This document shows positions 16,203 through 24,720 of a stretch of 24,856 bases of DNA, one piece after another. The notes under the pieces are model-generated. The model saw only the letters and a list, made by a program, of their open reading frames with translations. It did no database searches and was not told where the DNA came from. Origin of the DNA: Planctomycetales bacterium (GTDB lineage: Bacteria > 4484-113); NCBI GenBank assembly GCA_037445915.1, contig JBBIJQ010000027.1, forward strand, positions 1 to 24,856, read 5' to 3'. Position numbers and translations under genes: made by a program. Within the stretch, counting starts at the first letter, position 1, and the number at the start of each line of letters is the position of its first letter.

Positions 16203-19040
16203 ATGAAAGTAATCCTAAAAGGATTCTTAATCTTTCTGGCTTTTATTTTCTTGTTATCTGCAGCATTCTCGTGTGGCGGCCGCAGGCAACTGTCTGCCCT
16301 GTCAGAATTGAAAGCTGGCATCTCGCCTGTCTTTCCTAATGCAGGGGAGCCGCGCGAAACCACGCTTGATGCCACTTTGGCTGAGCTTGAAGCCCTTTCG
16401 CCTCCTATTGGCGTAAGCGCGCCTGTCTTCAAGGAAATAAAGTCAGCGCTCGCAGATGCACTGCGCTTTAGAAGCGTTTCCAAATTCATCTCCAAGCCTC
16501 CGGCCGGTGAACAGAACCGCGTTGATGACCTTACGCCGATTGAGGATGGCGCCGGGGGCTATATCCTCATGTGGCATTACCGCAATCTTGGAGATTACAA
16601 CCAAGACGGTTCCGTTGGCGTTGCCGATATAACTCCCCTAGCCATTTTCTACAACTCCGCCGCGCCTGATCCCAATTCACTCCAAGGAGTTATAGACGGA
16701 GACAATAGCCGCGATATCAATGTAGCCGACGTCACGCCAATAGCCATGAGCTTCTCCACGGATTGTGCTGGCTATCTAGTTCAGGCGTCACCTAACATGG
16801 ATGGCCCTTGGACTTCTCTTGGAGATTTTGTCCCACTCACATCGGGAAGCGGAGAGGGTAGGCGCGTATTCCAGTTCTCCCTACCCCTCACCGCCAGCGG
16901 GTATGCCCGCGTAGTGCCGGTGGACGGGTCAAGCCAGCCGGGAATCGAGAGCAATGTAGTTGCAATTACCGCTGTAAGCGAGTTTCCTGTGATAATTGCA
17001 GTTACTCCGCAAGAGGGAGTCACAGGCGAAGATGTCACTTTCAACGTGGCCGCCACCGGCACCCCGCCTTTAGCCTATGATTGGGACTTTGGCGGCGGCG
17101 CTACGCCGGATACCAGTACAGATATCAGCCCTGCCGTTACGCTGGGCAGCGCAGGAAGCTACTTGGCCTCAGTTCAAGTAAGCAATGGCCAAGGCAGCGT
17201 AACACAGGACTTCATCTTGACCGTGACTAGCAGCGAAATGCCGCCCTTGATAGCCAGTGTTTCACCCAAGGAAGGGATAACCGGCACTTTCCTTTCCTTC
17301 GCCGCTAATCTCTCAGGTACTTCGCCAATGAGATACAGCTGGGATTTCGGCGGCGGAGCCACGCCTAACAGCAGCACCTCTGCAACCCCCATCGCCACAT
17401 TGGGCGCAGCAGGAAACTATCTTGCCTCGGTGCAAGTGAGCAACGCTTATGGCAGTGAAACTTATGAATTTGACCTCACTGTAACCGCTAACGGAAGGCC
17501 GCCGGCTATATCCGAGGTGACTCCTGTGCAGGGGGCATCCGGAACACGCGCTACTTTTGCAGCTAGAGGCAATGGAACTCCGCCTTGGAGCTATAGCTGG
17601 AATTTTGGCGGCGGCGCTACGCCAAATACCAGCAAATCAGCAAGCCCGACAGCAACACTGGGCGCGGCGGGAAGCTATCTCGCTTCACTAGTTGTTACCA
17701 ACGCTTACGGCAGCGACACTTTTGAATTCGCTCTGACTGTGACTGGTAATGGCAACCCGCCAGTGATAGGAAGTGTGTCGCCACAAGAAGGAATCACTGG
17801 CACTAATGTAACCTTCACCTCTGATGTCACCGGAGCTGCGCCATTTAGCTACAGTTGGAACTTTGGAGGCGGCGCTACGCCAAACACAAGCTCGGCAGCA
17901 AGCCCGACAGTTACGCTAGGCGCGCCGGGAAGCTATTCAGCATCGCTCACTGTGACCAACGCTGATGGCAGTGACACCTATGGCTTTCCTGTCACTGTGA
18001 CTATCAGCGGCAACCCGCCAGTGATAGGAAGTGTGTCACCAACAGAAGGAATCACAGCCACTAATGCAACCTTCACTGCTCTCGTCGCAGGGACGTCACC
18101 ATTTACCTACAGTTGGAACTTTGGTGGCGGCGCTACGCCAAATACAAGCGATGCAGCAAGCCCAACAGTTACGCTAGGCGCGCCGGGAAGCTACCTTGCC
18201 TCACTAGTAGTTACCAATGGTTACGGCAATGATACTTACGGCTTTCTTATCACCGTGACTAGCGCAGGCGTGCCGCCATTGATAGACGGGTTATCGCCTG
18301 AAGAGGGAATCACTGGGACTCTAACTACTTTCGCTGCCAGCATTTCAGGCACTCCACCATATAGCTACAGTTGGAACTTTGGCGGCGGCGCTACACCAAA
18401 TACAAGCGTTGCAGCAAGCCCGACAGTCACGATGGGCGCAGTCGGCAGCTATACCGCGTCGCTGTCCGTCACAAGCGCTTATGGCAGCGATACTTTTGAA
18501 TTTGAGCTAGTTGTGACGCAGAACGGTAACCCGCCAGTGATAGGCGGAGTGTCGCCGCCTGAAGGGATCGCCGACAGCTTTGTTACCTTTAGGGCTATGC
18601 TTTCTGGCTCTTCGCCATTTGGCTACAGCTGGAACTTTGGCGGCGGCGCTACGCCAAATACCAGCGCGGATGCAAGCCCGACAGTCACGCTAGGCGCGCC
18701 GGGAAATTACTCTGCATCATTAACTGTAACCAACGCCTTTGGCAGCGACACTTATAACTTCACTCTGACTGCAACTGAAAGCGGCAGGCCGCCGATAGTC
18801 AGCGGAGTAATACCTGCTCAAGGCGTAAGTGGAACTCGGACGACATTTTCCGCTAATGTAACCGGAACCTCTCCCCTGAGCTACATCTGGAACTTTGGAA
18901 ACGGCGCTGTTCCAAATACAAGCAAGAAGTCAAATCCAAAGGTGAAGCTGAAATCACCTAAGAGCTATTCCGCTTTTGTTACCGTGACCAATACTTTTGG
19001 CTCCGATACATTTTACTTCACGCTCTTGGTTGTCCCTTAA
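16203..19040 (+). CDS. Putative surface lipoprotein with dockerin-like module and eight PKD-like repeats
   Basis: Lipoprotein-type signal ending AFS-C24; GDYNQDGSVGVADITPLA / DGDNSRDINVADVTPIA; 8 repeats with YSWNFGGGATPNTS....PTVTLG..G.Y.ASL.VTN..G. Confidence 0.85.
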   Translation: MKVILKGFLIFLAFIFLLSAAFSCGGRRQLSALSELKAGISPVFPNAGEPRETTLDATLAELEALSPPIGVSAPVFKEIKSALADALRFRSVSKFISKPPAGEQNRVDDLTPIEDGAGGYILMWHYRNLGDYNQDGSVGVADITPLAIFYNSAAPDPNSLQGVIDGDNSRDINVADVTPIAMSFSTDCAGYLVQASPNMDGPWTSLGDFVPLTSGSGEGRRVFQFSLPLTASGYARVVPVDGSSQPGIESNVVAITAVSEFPVIIAVTPQEGVTGEDVTFNVAATGTPPLAYDWDFGGGATPDTSTDISPAVTLGSAGSYLASVQVSNGQGSVTQDFILTVTSSEMPPLIASVSPKEGITGTFLSFAANLSGTSPMRYSWDFGGGATPNSSTSATPIATLGAAGNYLASVQVSNAYGSETYEFDLTVTANGRPPAISEVTPVQGASGTRATFAARGNGTPPWSYSWNFGGGATPNTSKSASPTATLGAAGSYLASLVVTNAYGSDTFEFALTVTGNGNPPVIGSVSPQEGITGTNVTFTSDVTGAAPFSYSWNFGGGATPNTSSAASPTVTLGAPGSYSASLTVTNADGSDTYGFPVTVTISGNPPVIGSVSPTEGITATNATFTALVAGTSPFTYSWNFGGGATPNTSDAASPTVTLGAPGSYLASLVVTNGYGNDTYGFLITVTSAGVPPLIDGLSPEEGITGTLTTFAASISGTPPYSYSWNFGGGATPNTSVAASPTVTMGAVGSYTASLSVTSAYGSDTFEFELVVTQNGNPPVIGGVSPPEGIADSFVTFRAMLSGSSPFGYSWNFGGGATPNTSADASPTVTLGAPGNYSASLTVTNAFGSDTYNFTLTATESGRPPIVSGVIPAQGVSGTRTTFSANVTGTSPLSYIWNFGNGAVPNTSKKSNPKVKLKSPKSYSAFVTVTNTFGSDTFYFTLLVVP
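16983..19037 (+). repeat. Eight tandem coding repeats of about 258 nt (86 aa)
   Basis: caacccgccagtgataggaagtgtgtc occurs at 17753 and 18011 (258 nt apart); core tggaactttggcggcggcgctacgccaaa recurs with small changes. Confidence 0.92.
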
Positions 19041-19157
19041 GGTTGAGTAATGCCTTTAGAGAAGTGACTCGATGCTTATATAGCCTTGTATAGAAGTTGG
19101 CTTGGCGCTGATGTAAAGAATGACCATTGCCAAGCTAATAAGCGCAGTGAAAGAAGT

Positions 19158-20081
19158 TCACGCTGTAATCGTGGAGCGAAGCTCCATAAGGCTCGCCGCG
19201 CCGCATTCCATAACCAGCGATGGGAGTTCGGCAAGGATACGCTGCGGGAGCTGGGGGTCGTGGAACAGCATCGTACCAAGCTCTACCGCAACCGCCCCGG
19301 CGCGGATAAGCTCAATGACATCCCTGGCGCAAGACGCGCCGCCAGAAGCTATTACTGGAAGCTCGGGGACTGCTTGCGACACCTGCCAGACGTTGTAGAG
19401 CGTGATTGGCTTCAAGACGGGGCCGGAGAGACCACCCGACATGCGCGACAGCTTGCTCTTGCCAGTTCGCCAGTCAATCGCCATCCCAGGGTGCGTGTTG
19501 CTCACCGTCACGCCGTCCATTCCCGCAGCATGAGCAGCTTCGGCATAAGGGATGAGGCATCCTGCCGATGGGGAGAGCTTAGGTATGAGAGGTAGAGAGG
19601 TTTCGCTTCGCAGCAGGTTACACAGGTTCTTGAAAAGCGGTACGTTAGTGGCGAACATCAACCCATTATCAACGTTCGGGCACGACATGTTTACCTCAAA
19701 GCCGAGTAGGCCGGGTTCTTTTGCCAGCCGCTTCACGACCGATGCATAATCCCGTTCGCTATGCCCCGCCACATTCACTAGGATTGCAGCGCCTCTCTCG
19801 CGCAGCTTTGGCAGCACTTCTTTGATGAACGCTTCAACGCCGGGGTTTTGCAGGCCGATTGCATTTAGCATTCCGCCAGGCGTTTCGCAGATTCTCACCG
19901 GAGGGTTACCCGAGCGCGGCTCAACGGTAATCGCCTTAGTGACAATCGCGCCGACAATGGAAAGATCAAAGAAGTCCGTAAACGGCTCGCCGAAAGACGC
20001 GCAGCCTGAAGCCAGCAGAAGCGGGTTCTTGAACGCCAGGTTGCCGGCGGACATCTGTTGCGAAATGAACTCTGAAATCAT
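19158..20081 (-). CDS. pyrD: Dihydroorotate dehydrogenase, family 1 (1B-like catalytic subunit)
   Basis: KNPLLLASG, GNPPVRICETPGGMLNAIGLQNPG, EVNMSCPNV, KLSP, SNT, GGLSGP..KP. Confidence 0.95.
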   Translation of the reverse strand: MISEFISQQMSAGNLAFKNPLLLASGCASFGEPFTDFFDLSIVGAIVTKAITVEPRSGNPPVRICETPGGMLNAIGLQNPGVEAFIKEVLPKLRERGAAILVNVAGHSERDYASVVKRLAKEPGLLGFEVNMSCPNVDNGLMFATNVPLFKNLCNLLRSETSLPLIPKLSPSAGCLIPYAEAAHAAGMDGVTVSNTHPGMAIDWRTGKSKLSRMSGGLSGPVLKPITLYNVWQVSQAVPELPVIASGGASCARDVIELIRAGAVAVELGTMLFHDPQLPQRILAELPSLVMECGAASLMELRSTITA

Positions 20082-20089
20082 CTCAAGTT

Positions 20090-20095
20090 ATTATA
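20090..20095 (-). promoter_or_regulatory. Perfect -10 (TATAAT) 8 nt upstream of the pyrD ATG; predicted leaderless or near-leaderless promoter
   Basis: Minus strand reads TATAAT-aacttgag-ATG. Confidence 0.6.
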
Positions 20096-20139
20096 GGCTA
20101 TTCGCTGGTTTTAACTAGCACTTATGTTCGGTTACGTGT

Positions 20140-20157
20140 ATGTGAAATACGTCACTA
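20140..20157. promoter_or_regulatory. Rex/CRP-like operator (distal to gdh)
   Basis: ATGTGAA-ATAC-GTCACTA; 11 of 14 positions match TTGTGAA-N4-TTCACAA. Confidence 0.45.
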
Positions 20158-20250
20158 GCAAATACGGTCCATCTGAACAAAGCAGAAGCCGGTGGTTTGG
20201 GATATAAAAATAAGGTGTAGGATATCAGGATTATCCTGATGATTTACCCC

Positions 20251-20279
20251 TTTCAAACCGCTTGTTTCGGCGTTATAAT
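20251..20279 (+). promoter_or_regulatory. sigma70-like promoter of the first glutamate dehydrogenase gene
   Basis: TTTCAA - 17 nt - TATAAT. Confidence 0.55.
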
Positions 20280-20333
20280 GCTCAGTGGCTGAGTGGCTTG
20301 CAGCCTTTTAGTGGCAAGCGCTTAGCCGTTGTA

Positions 20334-20351
20334 TTGTGAAATCTATCACGA
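20334..20351. promoter_or_regulatory. Rex/CRP-like operator (proximal to gdh)
   Basis: TTGTGAA-ATCT-ATCACGA; 12 of 14 positions match TTGTGAA-N4-TTCACAA. Confidence 0.55.
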
Positions 20352-20383
20352 ATTACTGAACATAATAACTGGAGGACTGTCAG

Positions 20384-21634
20384 ATGGCTGAAGAGCTAAA
20401 TCCGCGGTTAGTAGCCCAACAGCAGCTAGACTTGGCTGCAAAGCTGCTTAACCTTGACCAAGGGATGCACGCGTGGTTGCGCGAGCCTGCGGTCGTGATG
20501 AAAGTATGGGTGCCCACTAAGATGGATGACGGCACCATCAAGGTTTTCCCAGCCTGGCGTTCACAGCACAACGCGATGCGCGGCCCGACGAAGGGCGGCG
20601 TGCGATTCCACCCCGATGTTTGCGAAGACGAGGTAATCGCGCTTTCAATGTGGATGACCTGGAAGTGTGCGCTAGTCAACGTCCCCTTCGGCGGCGCGAA
20701 AGGCGGTATTTGCTGCAACCCCGTTGAAATGAGTATCGGCGAGCTTGAGCGCCTCACCCGCCGGTTCACTTTCATGATCAGCCCCATCATCGGACCAGAA
20801 AAAGACATACCGGCGCCTGATGTTTACACCAACCCGCAGACTATGGCCTGGATGATGGACACTTACAGCGTCTTGAAGGGTTACACCGTCCCCGGCGTCG
20901 TCACAGGCAAGCCGATTGACATCGGAGGATCTGAAGGGCGCGTTGAGGCAACCGGTCGTGGCGCAGCGCTCACTGTGCGTGAAGCGCTGAAAACGCTGGG
21001 TATGGACCCAACAAAGTCAACCGCTGCAGTGCAGGGCTTCGGGAATGTGGGATCCAACGCCGCAAAACTCATGCACGACATGGGCATCAAAGTCACTGTC
21101 GTCAGCGACGTAAGCGGGGGGATTAAGAACCTTGACGGGCTAGATATACCAGCGCTCATCAAGCATGTGCACGACACCGGTTTCGTCAAGAACTTCCCTG
21201 GCACAAAGCCGGTCAGCAACGATGAATTGCTGGGCAGCGACGTTGATATCCTCCTCCCTGCAGCACTGGAGAACCAGATTACCAGCAGAAACGCCGCCAA
21301 CGTCAAGGCGAAAATCATCAGTGAAGGCGCAAACGGCCCAACTTCTCCGGAAGCTGACAGGATTCTCTTTGAGAAGGGAGTCTTTATGGTGCCTGACATT
21401 CTAGCGAACGCCGGCGGCGTCACAGTTTCATACTTTGAGTGGGTTCAGGACCTTTACAACTTCCGCTGGGACGAGGAGAGGGTCAACTCAGAGTTGGAGA
21501 AAGTCATCGTAAACGCGTTTGAAGACGTGATTAAAACGGCTAGCGAAAAGAAGGTCCACAACAGGACCGCTGCATACCTTCTCGCAGTCGCACGCGTCGC
21601 GCGCGCAGGAACCATGCGCGGCCTGTTCCCGTAA
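20384..21634 (+). CDS. Glutamate dehydrogenase, Glu/Leu/Phe/Val dehydrogenase family (Bacillus GudB/RocG- or Thermotoga-like type)
   Basis: GPTKGGVRFHP, MTWKCA, PFGGAKGG, DIPAPD, VVTGKP..GGSEGR.EATG, QGFGNVG, EGANGP, PDILANAGGVTVSYFEWVQ; GGAGG SD. Confidence 0.95.
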   Translation: MAEELNPRLVAQQQLDLAAKLLNLDQGMHAWLREPAVVMKVWVPTKMDDGTIKVFPAWRSQHNAMRGPTKGGVRFHPDVCEDEVIALSMWMTWKCALVNVPFGGAKGGICCNPVEMSIGELERLTRRFTFMISPIIGPEKDIPAPDVYTNPQTMAWMMDTYSVLKGYTVPGVVTGKPIDIGGSEGRVEATGRGAALTVREALKTLGMDPTKSTAAVQGFGNVGSNAAKLMHDMGIKVTVVSDVSGGIKNLDGLDIPALIKHVHDTGFVKNFPGTKPVSNDELLGSDVDILLPAALENQITSRNAANVKAKIISEGANGPTSPEADRILFEKGVFMVPDILANAGGVTVSYFEWVQDLYNFRWDEERVNSELEKVIVNAFEDVIKTASEKKVHNRTAAYLLAVARVARAGTMRGLFP

Positions 21635-21685
21635 GCAAGCGAGCGTGGGGCGAACGCCCCGGTTCGCGCAAAGGCAGCAATCACG

Positions 21686-21716
21686 AAAGAGCCGGCGGGT
21701 AACCCGCCGGCTCTTT
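21686..21716. terminator. Bidirectional intrinsic terminator between the convergent gdh genes
   Basis: Perfect 15-1-15 inverted repeat AAAGAGCCGGCGGGT-A-ACCCGCCGGCTCTTT with short U tracts in both directions. Confidence 0.8.
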
Positions 21717-21740
21717 GCTGTTCATTGCGAGGATGCGAGC

Positions 21741-23087
21741 TTAGACTACGCCCTGGTCAAGCATCGATTTGGCGACCTTAATAAAGCCGGCGATGTTCGC
21801 GCCATTGACGTAGTTGCCTGGAGTCCCGTATTCAGCAGCGGTTTCTACGCAGGTCTTGTGGATTGAAATCATAATGTTCTGGAGCTTCTTGTCCACTTCC
21901 TCGCGCGACCAGGAAGTATGCCCTGCGTTCTGCGCCATTTCAAGGCCGCTGGTAGAGACCCCGCCCGCATTGGCAGCCTTGCCCGGCCCGTAGAGAATCT
22001 TGCTCTGGATGAAGTGCTCAACCCCTTCGGGAACAGTTGGCATGTTCGCGCCTTCGCTGACGACATACACGCCGTTCTTGACTAGCGCCTTCGCGTCATC
22101 CGCGGAGACTTCGTTTTGGGTAGCGCTGGGGAATGCGCACTGCGCGCCAGTAACATTCCACACGCCAACGCCTTCATGGAATTCAACGCCCTTGAATTTC
22201 GTCGCGTAATCCCTGATGCGGCCGCGCTTGACGTTCTTGAGATCCATCACGTAATCCAGCTTGCCCGCGTCAATGCCGTCGCGGTCAACGATGAAGCCGT
22301 CGGAGTCGGACAATGTGATGCACTTGCCTCCAAGATCGTTCACCTTCTGCACAGTGAACTGTGCGACGTTGCCGGAGCCAGACACGAGGCAAACCTTATC
22401 TTTGATGCTCTCGCCACGGGTCTTCAGCATTTCATCCGCGAAGTACACTGCGCCATAGCCAGTCGCCTCCGGGCGGATGAGGCTGCCGCCCCAGTTGATG
22501 CCCTTTCCCGTCAGCACACCCTCAAAACGGTTGACGATGCGCTTGTACTGGCCAAACATGTAGCCGATTTCACGCCCGCCTACGCCGATGTCGCCGGCGG
22601 GGACGTCGGTTCGCTCGCCGATGTGGCGGTAGAGTTCGGTCATCAGGCTCTGGCAAAAGCGCATAACTTCGCCGTTAGACTTACCCTTGGGATCAAAGTC
22701 GGAGCCGCCCTTGCCACCGCCAATTGGAATGGTTGTGAGCGCGTTCTTGAAAACTTGCTCAAATCCCAGGAACTTGAGGATGCCGAGATTAACTGAGGGA
22801 TGGAAGCGCATTCCGCCCTTGTAGGGGCCGATGGCGCTGTTGAACTCAACACGAAAGCCTTTGTTGACCTGCGGCTGGCCTTTGTCGTCAACCCATGGAA
22901 TCCGGAACAAAATGACCCGCTCGGGTTCCACGATGCGGTCAATGACCTTCTCTTCCTTGTAGACGGGATGACGGTCAAGCACCAGGGCTAAGGATTCAAC
23001 AACTTCCCTAACAGCCTGGTGAAATTCTCTCTCTCCTGGATTTTTAGCTATAACGCCTTCCATGAAGGCATCAACCCACTGTGACAT
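21741..23087 (-). CDS. gdhA: Glutamate dehydrogenase, E. coli GdhA-like (usually NADP-specific) type
   Basis: EFHQAV.EV, EPERVI.FR.PW.DD, SAIGPYKGG.RFHPSVNL, GGGKGGSDFDPKGKS, DVPAGDIGVGGREIG, GGSLIRPEATGYG, SGSGNVAQ, KAANAGGV; GGAGG SD before ATG 23087. Confidence 0.96.
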   Translation of the reverse strand: MSQWVDAFMEGVIAKNPGEREFHQAVREVVESLALVLDRHPVYKEEKVIDRIVEPERVILFRIPWVDDKGQPQVNKGFRVEFNSAIGPYKGGMRFHPSVNLGILKFLGFEQVFKNALTTIPIGGGKGGSDFDPKGKSNGEVMRFCQSLMTELYRHIGERTDVPAGDIGVGGREIGYMFGQYKRIVNRFEGVLTGKGINWGGSLIRPEATGYGAVYFADEMLKTRGESIKDKVCLVSGSGNVAQFTVQKVNDLGGKCITLSDSDGFIVDRDGIDAGKLDYVMDLKNVKRGRIRDYATKFKGVEFHEGVGVWNVTGAQCAFPSATQNEVSADDAKALVKNGVYVVSEGANMPTVPEGVEHFIQSKILYGPGKAANAGGVSTSGLEMAQNAGHTSWSREEVDKKLQNIMISIHKTCVETAAEYGTPGNYVNGANIAGFIKVAKSMLDQGVV

Positions 23088-23250
23088 CAGCGTACCCTCC
23101 AATCGTTAGTGTGCTTGATTAGGATATGAAAGCCCTGTCGAAGTGCGGCGGGGCAATTTAGTCTAGCACACACTATTCCAAAACGCTATTACCTTTCCCT
23201 GATAACAGCGCATTACACAAGAAAAATGAACTGGATTGGCGCGGGAATGG

Positions 23251-24714
23251 TTAACCAACAAGTAGTATAGCTTTCTCAATGCGCCTTGCCACTTCCTCGG
23301 TTTTGAGGATAGAAAGCACAAAGTAGATGCTAACGCCTTCTTCATACCCGGTAAGGATTAAGCGCAGTGGATGCAAGAGGTCGCGCTTGGACGCGGACTG
23401 CGCCCCTTTGATAAACTCGTCTGTTAACGCTTTAGCTGAAACCTGGTTTCCTGCGATGAGTGATTCACCCTGGCCTCGCCAAAACACGGCAAAATCGCCC
23501 AACAGCTTCGCGCTTGCGCTATCCGGCACAGCCGGCGGAGCAAATGAGGCGCTAACAAATGCGAACATCTTAGGCGCAGCCGAGAAGAACGCGCCGCTGC
23601 TTTGTATCTCGCCATACAGCTTTTCACACAGGGCGTCGCCTTCCAGGCTGGACGCCGATTCATCTTGCAGCCCGCCTATAAATTGCAGGAAGCGCACGCG
23701 CACGCTTTCGTAGCTGGAACATCGCAGGTGTTCGCGGTGGAAGTATGCGAGGCGCTCAAAGTCAAACACCGACGGGCTGCGGGAGAGCCGCTGCACGCTG
23801 AACTCGTCAATGAGTTCGTGCAGAGTGAACACTTCGCGCGTACCGCTCGGATGCCAGCCCAGCATCGCGAGCGCATTGGTAATCGCCGAAGGCAATACCC
23901 CAAGCTCAACAAACTCGCGGATTGTGACGGCGCCGGCGCGCTTGCTAAGCTTATGCTTCTGCGCGTCAAGGATGAGCGGAAGGTGCGCACAGGGAATCTT
24001 GGAGTAGCCCAGCGCTTCGCGTAGAAGGACGTGGCGGGCGGTGTTCGTGATGTGCTCCGAACCGCGCACTACGAGCGAGATGCGCATCGCCTCGTCGTCC
24101 ACCACGTTAGGCAGGTCAAAGGTGAAGTCGCCAGTGCTTTTGCGAAAAATAAAGTCTTCCAGCGCGGATACCGCCATCTTAATCTCGCCGTGAAGAATGT
24201 CTTCCAGCACGATTTGGCCGCTTTCGGGCAAGCGGAAGCGCAGCACGCACTTCTCGCCATCCGCCTCGCGCTTAGCCGCACCATCTTGCGGGATGCCGCT
24301 GCACTTGCCATCATACCTGGGCGGGCGCTTCTTTTCGCGCTGCGAGCGCTTCAGCTCATCAAGGCGTTCGGTCGTGCAAAAGCAGCGGTATGCGCGGCCT
24401 TCATTAAGCAGCTTATCCGCCGCGCCGCGGTAAAGCTCGGAGCGCAGTGATTGGAAATACGGTTCGTATTTGCCGCCAACGCCAGGGCCTTCGTCCCAGA
24501 TGATATCCAGCATCGCGAGCGCCGCTTCTATTTCTTCAACGAAGGCGCGCTTGCTGCGGGCGCGGTCGGTGTCTTCAATGCGCAGGATGAACGTGCCGCC
24601 GTATTTGCGGGCAATGAGGTAATTGAACAGCGCCGTTCGCAGGTTGCCGACATGCAGCCGCCCCGAGGGGCTGGGCGCGAAGCGCAAGCGCGGCTTGGCT
24701 GGAAGTGCGAGCAC
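23251..24714 (-). CDS. gltX: Glutamate--tRNA ligase
   Basis: RFAPSPSGRLHVGN (HIGH), LRIEDTD, WDEG, AYRCFCT..YDGKC, VVDD, RGSEH, KLSKR (KMSKS), anticodon domain PLRLILTG. Confidence 0.96.
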   Translation of the reverse strand: MLALPAKPRLRFAPSPSGRLHVGNLRTALFNYLIARKYGGTFILRIEDTDRARSKRAFVEEIEAALAMLDIIWDEGPGVGGKYEPYFQSLRSELYRGAADKLLNEGRAYRCFCTTERLDELKRSQREKKRPPRYDGKCSGIPQDGAAKREADGEKCVLRFRLPESGQIVLEDILHGEIKMAVSALEDFIFRKSTGDFTFDLPNVVDDEAMRISLVVRGSEHITNTARHVLLREALGYSKIPCAHLPLILDAQKHKLSKRAGAVTIREFVELGVLPSAITNALAMLGWHPSGTREVFTLHELIDEFSVQRLSRSPSVFDFERLAYFHREHLRCSSYESVRVRFLQFIGGLQDESASSLEGDALCEKLYGEIQSSGAFFSAAPKMFAFVSASFAPPAVPDSASAKLLGDFAVFWRGQGESLIAGNQVSAKALTDEFIKGAQSASKRDLLHPLRLILTGYEEGVSIYFVLSILKTEEVARRIEKAILLVG

Positions 24715-24720
24715 GCGATG

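Noticed and set aside
16983-19037. Possible diversity-generating retroelement template/variable repeats
   Set aside because: Repeats are in-frame protein domains, differences are not adenine-specific, and no reverse transcriptase is present.
19158-20081. pyrD lacking an adjacent pyrK as a novelty
   Set aside because: Separation of pyrD and pyrK is not rare and cannot be judged from one window.
21639-21667. Hairpin GCGAGC..GGGGCG-AA-CGCCCC..GTTCGC after the first gdh as another REP copy
   Set aside because: Lacks the GTAG/CTAC end and sequence similarity; probably an ordinary 3' stabilising stem.
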